This document shows, one piece after another, positions 25,890-38,149 of a stretch of DNA of 64,000 bases. Under the pieces are notes generated by a model. That model ran no database searches, was not told the origin of the DNA, and was given only the letters and a program-made list of their open reading frames with translations. Positions within the stretch are counted from its first letter, which is position 1; every line of letters starts with the position of its first letter. The position numbers and the translations under genes were made by a program. Source of the DNA: Octopus sinensis. Taxonomy: Eukaryota. Where the stretch lies: the NCBI RefSeq assembly GCF_006345805.1, contig NC_043003.1:35712001-35776000 (forward strand). Reading direction: 5' to 3'.

Positions 25890-26842
25890 ATATATTTTTA
25901 AATGTCTTACTTTGAAAAGTTGCATTCGTGGGATTAGTATATTTTTGGTAGAAATGACTGATTGTCCCTCTTAGCGTTTGGCAGGTATATATAATGCCTC
26001 CTGGCATGTATGTATAATTATGCCCTCTATATTAAATTAATATGTTCAATAAGAAATAATTATTTTCGAAATTTTTCTCTATGAGGTTTTTACGCTATCT
26101 ACCTGACAATTTCTTGTTAAGTTTCCTTATAAGTAGTTGTCCTTAATTGCAAAATATTTATATATATATATATAATATATATATATATATATAATATATA
26201 TATATTACTAATATTTTTATTATATAATATATAACAATCTGAAATGCAATTGTCTATGCAAATTTATTATAATTAGAAAATAATATAAATAAAGTGTTAA
26301 AATCTGAAAGTTAAGTTAACAAGCATTATATAAAAAGATAATGCAAATGAAGCTAAAATGATAATTCTATAATTTGGGGTTTATTAACAGCCTTTATTGA
26401 AGAACTCAAAAGAGTTGTCTCCTTATTCCAACACAGGAACTGAAGAACCACATTACTACTACTTCCACTTCCTGTTTTGCCAACATCCTTAATTAAACCA
26501 AACAAAAACACATGCTCTTAATCCCATTGGATCCTAATACCTCAAGGTATTTTTTTCGTGAACAATCATTAAACTCAAGATCACAACGAACTCACAATGT
26601 ATCGGAGTACTTATTTTTTAATTTTGTACATATTTATTATTATTCTTTTGCAAAAAACAATGCAATTTTCTTTTTTCCCCTTTCTAATTTTTAAAAAACT
26701 TTTTTACCTAAATATTCTTGACAAGTCATACAATGACGAAAACCGGTTTGAATAAATATATATTTATATATTTTATCAATTTCTCATTTCATAAAAATTT
26801 TCTTTCATTTGAGCATTCTGCATGTTTACAATTTTTCTTTGC

Positions 26843-26893
<51 letters not shown>

Positions 26894-26904
26894 TTTCATT
26901 CGTT

Positions 26905-27172
26905 TTTCTTCTACTTGTTTCAGTCATTTGACAGCTGCCATGCTGGAGCACCATCTTAAGTCGAACAAATCTATCCCAGGACTTATTCTTTGAAAGCCTA
27001 GTACTAATTCTATCTGTTTATTTTGCCGAACCGCTAAGTTACGGGGACGTAAACACACCAGCAATGGTTTTCAAGCGACGGTGTGTGTGTGGGGGGAGAA
27101 ACACTGGGACACAAATATATGCATTGATATATATATATATATATATATAATATATATATATATATTATATAT

Positions 27173-27218
<46 letters not shown>

Positions 27219-27327
27219 TTTACCAAACACACTGAACCGTGTGTTTGGTAAGCAAGCTACTTACCACACACCCACTGAACCAAGTGGTTGGTAAGGAAAC
27301 TACTTACCACACAGATACTCTTGCGCC
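26905..27327 (-). mobile_element. tRNA-derived SINE (family 2) with duplicated head and internal (TA)n
   Basis: Tail gtttcagtcatttgac...ccatgctggagcacc, body gccgaaccgctaagttacggggacgtaaacacacc, and head ggcgcaagag...gtgtggtaagtag on the minus strand. Confidence 0.85.
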
Positions 27328-27862
27328 TACGTATGTTTATGAAATTTAATCGCCAGAATATAGTGCTGTGTACTTTTATTTTGTTTTTAATCTAACGTAA
27401 TATCTGAGTACTTTGACAAACTGAGTTTAACTTTCTTAATACTTTAGCCTTGCCATAAAAAATAAACCCTCTGCGTTCCGTCCTGGGAGAGAATGCAGAA
27501 ACCAGGCCCTATGAGTTTATATAAATACCATAGTCGAAGACGTTGCTAAAATAACTAGGGCGAGGTTTACCTTCCACTGCATCAAACTCAGGAAAATGTG
27601 TTTTTATTATTGCTTTAAGTAAAAATAAATCTTTTGAAGAAAAGATGACAGGAGCTGCGAAGTCCTTGGCTCGAAATATAAAAATATTACAATGACTTGC
27701 ACAGGAAAGTTTTCCTTCAAGTGTAGAAGCCTTTGTGAAAGACTCAGCTTTAAATATACTGAGTTGTTAGTTCGACTGGTCAAGTAACTGGGACGTCTAC
27801 GTCGAAATTGACAGGCTGTTCCATTAACACACACAAACATATGCACACCCGCACACATGTAC

Positions 27863-28025
27863 GTATGTATGTATGTATGTATGTATGTATGTATGTATGT
27901 ATGTATGTATGTATGTATGTATGTATGTATGTATGTATGTATGTATATATGTATGTATGTATGTATGTGTGTGTATGTATGTATGTGTATGTATGTGTGT
28001 GTGTATGTCCGTGTGTGTATGTATG
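27863..28025. repeat. (TATG)n microsatellite
   Basis: Read directly. Confidence 0.95.
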
Positions 28026-29638
28026 CATAAGGATTGCTTGGAGAAACAATGCATGGTATATAAATCTGCTTAAATATTGTTTCCGTAGCACAAATCCATC
28101 AGTAACACATGTTTACTATATTGATAAGATATTTTCTCATAACTTGGAATAAATTCTTTGTTGATCCTCTGTGTGTGTATGCGTGTGTGAGTGCGTATGT
28201 GTGCGTGTGCGTGCTTGCGTGTGTGCGTGTGTGCATATGTGTATGTTTGTGCGTATGGTGGAGGGGAAGTATTCTTAAGCTCTCACATATCAGAAATCAT
28301 CGACATGAAGTTATGGCATAAAAAACCTCAAGTTTGACGATGAAATTAAGCAAAACTAAATTGTTATTTTATCTAGGTCAAGCTTTTTAAATTATGTACC
28401 CGGACAGAATGGTTTGTAAGTAGTGTGTTTCTAGCTTGGCGGCTCTCAAAAACTAAACTACACTGGTTCCACTAAATTCTGGTAAGTATTTTCATAGAGT
28501 AGATTACATTTTAAATTTGTTTAAAGTGCACATGTTTGAATGTATAGTTTTTACTACGATTAAGTTAATTACACTATTAGAATTAATTTAATCTTTCATA
28601 TATCTTTCAAAGAGAAATTCATGTTACTTGAACAAAAGTATTTTGACTATGATAGAGATAAGATGCAGAAAAAAAAACTGATAAAAAAACACAAAATAAT
28701 CATTAAACTAGTAAATGAAATGAAATGTGCTAAAAATAAATTAAATAGATATCTAAAGAGAACGGAAAATAAATGAAATAATAAATAAATGAATAAATAT
28801 GGGATTGATTATCTCTTATTGTCAGACTTTTATTAGAATCTCAGCTGGAGAAGAACAAGGCTATTTTCCTCCCACAATTCCTTTCTCTTTTATGCCATGA
28901 CTTCGTGACGATATTCGTTCTTCCTAAGAATTAGCCTTTTTCTTTCTTTGCAAATGGTCTGACAATATATTTAGAAGCATCTGCACGAAAAGCTCATGGT
29001 GTTCAATAGAATCTTTTTCGTGGAAAATTGCAGCAAGCCACGATATTATCTACTGGAGCTAAGAGCAGTCTGGACTCTATTATCGATAACCTCACAGCCA
29101 CTAAAACTTCAGCAACAACAAATAGTAATCTTTACAGTTATTAACTGCAACATTGCCGCGAATTCTTACAAAATGCCTTGAGACTAAAACAAACGTCACA
29201 AACAGCTGCAACATAGTATGTCACATGGCACACATTTTTGTAGGTCATAAAATGAAATTTTTCTGCTGTCGATTGAACTTCCCCAATACTTTATTGTGCA
29301 CCTCGGCTACATTTCTAACTATTCAGTATATTCTAACAGAAAAAATATCGTTTGTGTACGCTTGTTTGCTTTAGTCATCAATTGCGCGCTCCTGTATCAC
29401 ACAAACCACAAGGAATTAGGAGAAATATTTTATGAATAGTTGCTAAATAAAATGAACGCCCTGTTTCTAATTAATTTATGAAATTAGTTGTTGTGTCATA
29501 TGACTGAGAGTTGATGACATTTCTCTCATAATCATAAGGCTATGACTTCAATTTGAGGGCCGTGTGGCGAGTTGTGTTCTTGAGCTAAACACTTCATTTC
29601 ATATTGCACCAGTCTACTAACAACTGGCTACTGGTGCA

Positions 29639-29712
<74 letters not shown>

Positions 29713-31574
29713 GTGGTAGCATATTAGATATTTTTCTGGATGAACATTTTGGAGCTCAAAAGTTTGTCTATATATTCTTGCAACTAAATAGGAACCTAAA
29801 ATATAGAGCGAATATATAGTACATTTTAATATAGTACGTAGTCACATTTGATCGTGAGTGATGGCTGGCCATAACAGTTCATAATGAATGGCGAACACAT
29901 GTCAAGCGGACAGCATTAAAAAGAAAAACCAATTAGCCATAATCATGCGGCGAGGAAAAGCTATAATAGTCTATGTCAAATGCTATTTTCACTACTTCAG
30001 TAAAAGCGAGAGAGAATATCCAAAATGTATATGTCTTTTTTATGATCATATAAGCAAAACATATTTGTCAAAGTAACTATCGAATTCAGCTAGAAAAAAT
30101 ACAAAATAAATGTCTATTTGTTAACATGTTTTTGTAGAATTATATAGTTGTTTAATAAATAACTGGGTGTATACCGTAAAAGTGCGAAAATGAATTGAAT
30201 GACAGGTTTTGCAATACAATCGTATGTAAAATATTCTTAGCTTTGCAAGCTCTATTATCCAGGGGGGAAAATAAGAATAATACAAATATAAGATAATACC
30301 TTTCAGAGTCAATTTCAAGTTCGATGCTAAGAATTAATGAACGCAAATTATTTTAAAAGCCATGAGGCAAGTTATTGGAATTGCTATTGATTTGGGTAGG
30401 TAAATCAAACATTAATTTATTTTCCTGCAACTTCTGTGTGTACACAGGAGCGCGAGCGCACACAAACATATATATGTTTAATACATTTGTAGCTTAAACA
30501 GTCCTCAGCATGGAGTTCGCTGCCATACATAGCTCCTGGACAGGTATTGCCACTCCTGCGTCACTATGAGGCGCTAAAGTTAGCTTTTGCAAGGGATATA
30601 TGAATATATTTAAATATATGTAAGCAGCGGGCCGTTCACACTCATTAATAAAATTTTCCAAGGTACTCGAGAACTCATGCCACTTGAGGAGGCTACTCGA
30701 ACCAATCATATCGGCGACGTATTCAATTACAATTTTTTTAACGTTGCTTTTACTAGTACAGGAACAATTATATTTAGTTACGTATTGTAATTGCGATCTT
30801 CACCTTGTAGGGGTCCGTATATATTACATAAACTCCATTTCTTGATTTGCAGTGGATCATCCTGGCTTTTGCATAAAACCTCCTACGTATTTCATCTACT
30901 GTGCTCCTTCATCCTTTCTTCGAGTTTCGCTTTGGGCAGTAATGTCGATATTGTATCGCTTTAGGTCTGTTGCGGGCTATTCTTTTCATATATATTATGG
31001 AGCAGAGGGCGATAATTCCACGAGGCAAAGGAGAGAATATCCTTTTGTTATATACTTTTATTCTAGTATTTGTGGTTTCAGTACCGGAGAAGGTGACGAT
31101 ACGCTGAAAGAGATCACACGGCCGAGTGGAATAACAGCAAGTATTTTATAAGCTGTTTTATCTACACTTCCTGATTGTTTTAGCTAAACACTTCAACGAC
31201 CATCATGTTTAATCGTATGCAGGTTGTATCTTAAAACTGACACTGTTATGTGCTTTCCACCAACAATGAACGTGTACAACAGAGAGGAATGTGCATAAGG
31301 AATTCTTCGAGTTGATGAAGATGTGCCAACGCCACAAATTTAACTTCAAGCAATTTTTCGTACTGTAAGAGGATTACCCAGGACACTTAATATACGTCCA
31401 TTGCTGTAAACTGTTGGCTCCTTTATATATTGAGATTCGGCTTGAATTCATTATTCCACTGGTAGTATAAGTTTGCAAGTCAATGCATTTAGCCCACTGA
31501 TCCATCTCTACAGTTATACTACTAAGAATATATTCCATCTTTTATCTTTTATATATAACTGTCACTATATGTCG

Positions 31575-31985
31575 GCCATGTTGTGACATCGCTTTGAATG
31601 GTTTTATGCGACAAAATCAGCACAAGTACTCATGTTTTAAGTGAAGTCTTTAATCTATCGGCTTATTTTGCCTAAATGGTAACTTTCAGGAACTTGCGCT
31701 AAAGCCCGTTGTCAAACAGTGGGGAGGATTCAAACACAGGCAGAAACACACAGACACACGCAGACACAAACAGAAACATACACATACACAAAAGCACACA
31801 CAAATACATACACTCATGCACACACACACACACACACGTATACACACACACAAACATGACGAAGTTGCATTGTTTCTGTCTACCAAATTTACTAACAAAA
31901 CATTGGTGTGTCCGGGGCTGTTGCGCAATATGATTGAACCCAGAATCACATGGTAACTACACTGCCATGATTGCCTATGCGATAT
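31575..31985 (-). mobile_element. tRNA-derived SINE (family 2), diverged
   Basis: cggccatgttg..., cgttgtcaaac, gtttctgtctaccaaatt, ttgaacccagaatcacatgg. Confidence 0.7.
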
Positions 31986-32849
31986 TTGTATACATTCTGT
32001 TATAGTCCAAATCAAATCCTGAACCGAGTGATGCATTGTGCTCTTGAGCAAAACACTTCATCTCACGTTGGTCTGTCATTACTTTGACAACTTCCTTGTG
32101 AAAACCGCGTGTACCTGATCAGAAGGTATTAGTGGTCCTTTTTTACATCGAGACTGAAAATTTTAGTAAAGAAAATAGGGTGAAGTGATCGAACAAGAAT
32201 TTGAAAATGTTCACCAAACAAGATGCTAACACCTTGTTTGGTGAACATTGATTTAGCTACAAATCAATCCACCACACAAGGCAAGCTTGGCTGACTCTAA
32301 CGTTTGACTGTTTGATCTCATAAAAATATTCTTTGAATAAAAAGATTTTTTTAACACAGAAGATGTAACAGAGGCTGAGAAGAATTGGATAAAATAATGC
32401 ACACCTTAATATTTTCAAAGCCGATTCGAGTCATGGGCTGAACGACGGCGCGAATGCATCTGTTCTGAGGAAGACTCTGGTGAGTAACACACTTGTGTTG
32501 GGAGAGAGTTATTTTGCAGATATAAGCAATGAAAAGTGACTTACGTCAATTGATAAAGTTTAAGTCCGCTTTGCATTAGTTTCCGTACAACATTCGTATC
32601 CATCCATCCATGCAAATGCACACTACATGCACACATAATATACATGTAAGTCTATGTACGTGGGTTGGATTCTGCTTTGAGTGCAAATCTACGTATATGC
32701 ATAACTTATGAATAGCGCTTGAGGAACGTAGTGACACTCAAACGTCCGTTCATACACGTTACACTCGTATACTCATACGCAAACAATATCATTCATGAAC
32801 ACTCCTTCCTGAATGCATATTCTTACAAAAACTCAGTTATGTATATGTG

Positions 32850-32876
32850 TATGTGTGTGTGTTTAGTATATATTGA

Positions 32877-32915
<39 letters not shown>

Positions 32916-32995
32916 CATATTGATGTATATAACTACATATGAATATATTTTGTATATACTACACGGACACGTATATATATATATATATATATATA

Positions 32996-33043
<48 letters not shown>

Positions 33044-33247
33044 TATATTTACATATTGATATTTACAATTACATATGCATATATTTTATATATACTACAC
33101 AGACACGTACATATAGTAAATATAGTAAATACATATATACGTGTGTTTGTGTAGTTTATATAGAGAGTAAATATACATATATCTATATGTATTTACATAT
33201 TTATGTATGTATGTATGCATGCATACGTATGTTTGTATGCATGTAAG

Positions 33248-33309
<62 letters not shown>

Positions 33310-33316
33310 TATATAC

Positions 33317-33400
<84 letters not shown>
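32850..33400. repeat. Interrupted (TA)n field
   Basis: Read directly. Confidence 0.95.
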
Positions 33401-33407
<7 letters not shown>

Positions 33408-33581
33408 CGCATTCGTACACACCTACACTTAATTTTAACTTTTGATCATTATCAATCATCCAATTAGCTTGTATTAATTTAGATGTAAGCCAATGTTTTC
33501 CTATCTCTGATACCGCAAAATGTTTCTGTAAAGGTATCTAATAACAACAACAACAACAACAGCAACAACAACAACAACAAC

Positions 33582-33646
<65 letters not shown>

Positions 33647-34794
33647 AATAAGTACAACGTCAACAGCAGCAGCTGCATTTAATAGTAAACAAAACGAAGG
33701 AAAATCCAAGCTAAGAATTTTAAAAATATATACAATATTCCTGTAATTACAGCTTCTTTCAATCCATTACTGTTCGATTCTATAGTAACCGGCTTGCAAA
33801 ATCATACAGTACCATATTCAGAAAGACTCTTCATACGTTAGTACTTAAATATGCTCTATTCTTTACTTCCTCAGAATTTTCTATTAACCCGGTATATATG
33901 ACGATTTGGTACTGCTCTCTATTTCGATGTTGCATTCGTTTCGTTGTCATTTTTTTTTTTTTTTTGATATGGATCCTCCTTTTCATTTTGTCCACTTGTG
34001 TTCTGTCGAATGGATTTTCAGCATCTTTCTTTTATTTTTACTTTGTTTTCTTCTCTCTCGCTGTCTTTTCTGTTCTTTTTTTTCTTTCTCTCTCGTTTTC
34101 TTTCCTCCTCTCTCACTCTCTTCTTTTTTGTTTCTTTCTCCCTTGCTCTCTTCTTTCTTTCTTTCTTCCTTTATTTATTACTTTCTTTCTTTCTTTTTTT
34201 CTTTCTTTCTTTCTGTCTTTCTTTCTTTCTGCTTTTTCTCCTCTTTCACCTCTTTCACCCACTGTTTTATGTTGCTGATATTCTCGGTTTCACAATCATC
34301 TATTCGCTCCATTTCATTTAAGCGTCTTAGATATCCTTCAAAGACCTATTTTTATCATTTCCTTAAATCATTCTAATTATTTATATTTATTTACTTATTA
34401 AATCTTATTATTTCACACATTTTATATTCACTCATTTGATTATTAATACTTTTTTTTATTTTAAAAAGAAAATCGAATGTATTATTTAGCTTTTTTCTTC
34501 CAGTAATTCTTTCCCTGCTAAAATCTAGTTCGCCTCTAAGTTGATGTTGTTATTGTTGTTGCTGTATATGTTGATTTCTTCTTGTTTTTGCTCTTCTTCT
34601 TCTTCATCATCATCTTCTCCCTCCTCTTCCTACCTCCAACATCCCTCTACACATCCTCCTCTGGAAGGGTGTTGTTTCAAATATTAGGGGCTACATTGCT
34701 TGCTTCAAATACAAAGATTACGTAACTTCCTTCACAAATTTGAATAATAGACATTTACATGTTAAAAATAGATTGGTTTCAAATTTTTGAACAG

Positions 34795-35388
34795 GGCCAG
34801 CAGATTTAGGGGAGCAGTAAGTTGGTTACATCGACCCCAGTAGTCAACTGGTACTTACTTTATCGATTTCGAAGGGAAGAAAGGCAAAGCCGACCATGGT
34901 AGAAAATCCATGTAGGATTTGAAGTAGGACGAAATGCCATTAAGTATTTTTCCCGACGTGCTAACGATTCTTATTTCTTTATTGCCCACAAAGGGCTACA
35001 CACAGAGGGGACAAACAAGGACAGACAAAGGGATTAAGTCGATTACATCGACTCCAGTGCGTAACTGGTACTTCTTTAATCGACCCCGAAAGGATGAAAG
35101 GCAAAGTCGACCTCGGCGGAATTTAAACTCAGAACGTAAGGGGAGACGAAATACATATGTCTTTACTACCCACAAGGGGCTAAACACAGAGGGGACAAAC
35201 ACGGACAGACAAACGGATTTAGTCGATTATATCGACCCCAGTGCGTAACTAGTACCTAGTTAATCGACCCCGAAAGGATGAAAGGCAAAGTCGACCTCGG
35301 CGGAATTTGAACTCAGAACGTAGCGGCAGGCGAAATACCGCTAAGCATTTCGCCCGACGTGCTAACGTTCCTGCCAGCTCACCGCCTT
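34795..35388 (-). mobile_element. Three adjacent family 1 SINEs
   Basis: Three repeats of tcgacccc...aaggatgaaaggcaaagtcgacc...; intact head cctgccagctcaccgcc ends at 35388. Confidence 0.85.
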
Positions 35389-36307
35389 TGTTAAAGATAT
35401 ACTGGAGAACGTTAACGACTGTATGCTTTATCGAAGCATTAAACATTACCTTTTGTATTAGATTTAAATATATCCCACAAACAAAGCAAGCATCAATCTC
35501 ATCCTCAGCATATTTAGTAGTATTTTATTTCATACAAGCGTCTGGTATATTTACAATTAAAATTTCCATATTTCTAAATCAGATATCCAAGGCTTGGTAA
35601 AGTATGTCTAATTTGTTGCAATGCAACATTTGTTTATATTTAACTTAAATGCAAAATTTAAACGATTTAACAGTATCTATAAAATCTATTCTCGAATTGT
35701 TTGCTCGTTTTCTGTTTGAAACCGTTTTCGCTAATCAATTTTATTGTGTTTGAATCCAGTTTAGCAGCGATTGCTAACACGTTAAGTCTTTTGCAGGGTT
35801 TCTTTTATAATTCATGTGCATTACCTTTAATTAATGACTGATGGAATTTCTAAACATCTTATTTGTTCAAGTTGACGTTTCCTGTTATAATCTTTTTTTG
35901 TCATTTCATACAATTTGTCACTCATTTCCATGCAGGATGTAGAATTACAACCAAGCACTTTAAGCATGGTAAGAAAATTCTACCATGCGCTAGCTGTCTA
36001 AATTTCTGTCATGCATTATTCTTGAGAATGTGAGATAACGAGAATTCTGTGAGCCATTGATGGAAGAGACTATATGCCGCCCGTCCTTACGTATCTAGAA
36101 GTAGAACATTGTCTTCTATTGGCGAGAAAACATGCAGAGTAATGATATTGTATAGTCGATTGTACGCAATAATATTTTCATATTTTCAAAATATGCCCAT
36201 TGCACGACATCATCATCATCATCATCATCATCATCGTCGTCGTCGTCGTCGTCATCGTCATCATCATTATTATTATGGTTATTATTACTATGATGAATAT
36301 TATTATT

Positions 36308-36950
36308 AAAGGCGATGAGCTGGCAGATTCGTTAGCACGCCGGGCAAACCGCTTAGCGTTATTTCGTCTGTCTTTACGTTTTGAGTCCAAATTCCGCCGA
36401 GGTTGACTTTACTTTTCATCCTTTCGGGTTCGATAAAATAAGTACCAATTGAGTACTGAAGTCGATGTGATCTACTTAAGCCCTTATCAAGAAATTGTTG
36501 GCCTTGTGCCAAATTTTTTTGAAAAACAGAAAAAGCCGCGAAATGGCAGCATCGTTAGTACGTCGGACGTAATGCGTAACAGAATTTCGTCTGCATTCAC
36601 GTTCTGAGTTCAAGTAACGCCGGGGTCGACTTAAAAATAAGTACCAGTTGAGCGCTGGGGACAATGTAATCGACTTATCTCCTCCCCACAAATTTCAGGC
36701 CTTGTGCATATAGTTCAACGTATTATTATTGTTGTTATTATTGTTAAGGCAGTGAGCTGGCAGATTCGTTAGAGCGCCGGATAAAATGTCTACCGGCATT
36801 TCTTTCGCCTTTACATTCTGAGTTCAAATTCCGCAGAGGTCAACTTTGCCTTTCATCTTTTCGGGTCGATAAATTAAGTACAGCGAAGTACTGGAGTCGA
36901 TGTAATCGATTCATCTACTTCCCCAATATGGCTGCCCTTGTGGAAAACTT
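36308..36950 (+). mobile_element. Three adjacent family 1 SINEs
   Basis: Heads at ~36310, ~36540 and ~36746 (ggc...gagctggcagattcgttag), each with a B box and conserved body. Confidence 0.85.
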
Positions 36951-37031
36951 ATTATTATTATTATATTATTATTATTATAATAAGAAGAACAAGAAGAAAA
37001 AGAAGAAGAAGAAAACAACAACAACAACAAC

Positions 37032-37078
<47 letters not shown>

Positions 37079-38149
37079 CATTATTATTATTATTTAACCT
37101 GGCACATTTATCCAGTCATTTTCTTTTGTTTTTGGCTTTCGATGAGTGGAAGCATGTCAATATTGTAACAGCATGACTTTCCTAAGGTATTAGTTTCGTG
37201 AATAAAAAGAACGCATTATCACGAAACTGAGATGTGAAGGGAAAAACCTCCGAAGGTTACCAGTACTTTTCCTTCTTCGATAAACTGAGAAATGAAAAAA
37301 AAAAATAGAACTTAAGATTTTCTGAAACTAGCTACAGTTAATATGTAAGAAATGGATTATCATCCCTAATGTTGCGGTTTACACTTCCAGCGTTTCCAGC
37401 ACACCATATTGTAATTGCATGTGATCAAACAGCAAAACTATATTTTGTATGGTACAACTAACTATTGAGATATATTACAAGGCCGACACACCGTAAGTTA
37501 CAGTCGGAAAATATTCAAAAGATCAAAGGAACATATATCATTCACGGAGGATACAATTAGAAAGCATAGTAAATAGGTACGTTTTTTTCCATCAAAATGG
37601 CTACCTATGATGAAATGCATTAAAAATATTTTACCATTTTCTGGTTGTTCAATTCTCCCTGAGGAGTCAAAAGAAGTTATAGGACCTAAGCAAAAACAGA
37701 TATAAATATATTAATTAAATGTCTCTAGTTCCAATGAATGTTAGAGCTGTATAATATACATTATTACATGTAAATGGTTTTAATACACTAGCTACACAGA
37801 GAGAATACATTAACTGAACCACTGTGCATCATTTGTAATGTAATCTAAGTACACTTTGAACCAGTCCCTAAACGTAACTTCTTAATGATGTATTTTTACT
37901 TTAAGCGCACATAATAGGTCCATGTAGTTTCTGGTCGCTTCATGGCAATATTTTCTCATATATAAAAAATACAAAAATGGGACAAGAACGCAAACCACCT
38001 CAGTAACAACAGCAACAGCCACCACGGCAACAACTGCCATGGCAGCCATCACAGCAACAACAACAATCACCTCAGCCAAAACAGCAACAACAGAAACAAC
38101 AACCATCACAGCAAGAACAATAACTAACTTAGCCGCAACCTTTAGCACT

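Larger units (their letters stand above)
25072..26158. mobile_element. Penelope pseudo-LTR / retrozyme-like element, family B (homologous to A): inverted arm plus 479-bp tandem monomer
   Basis: agtatgaaatcactg recurs at 25384 and 25863 (period 479). 25072-25382 is an inverted copy. Shares blocks with family A such as ctaagagggacaa, aagacatttaaaa and tatgaggtttt.acgc. Ends run into TA-rich repeats. Confidence 0.8.

Noticed and set aside
25384-26158. Possible CRISPR-like repeat-spacer array
   Set aside because: The units are ~479-bp tandem monomers with no short repeat and unique spacer pattern, and the context is eukaryotic.
30480-31151. 99-aa and 71-aa ORFs and splice-like sites at 30.5-31.2 kb
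   Set aside because: No recognisable domain and no consistent exon chain; cannot be supported without transcript data.
32420-32485. Plus-strand mini-exon ending ctg|GTGAGT
   Set aside because: The donor is good but the acceptor is weak, and no partner exon was found. The adjacent EDVTEAEKNWIK* may instead be a BEL/Pao remnant, which is too short to call.
35480-35960. Possible minus-strand hAT remnant
   Set aside because: Only vague resemblance, with no motif that survives translation.
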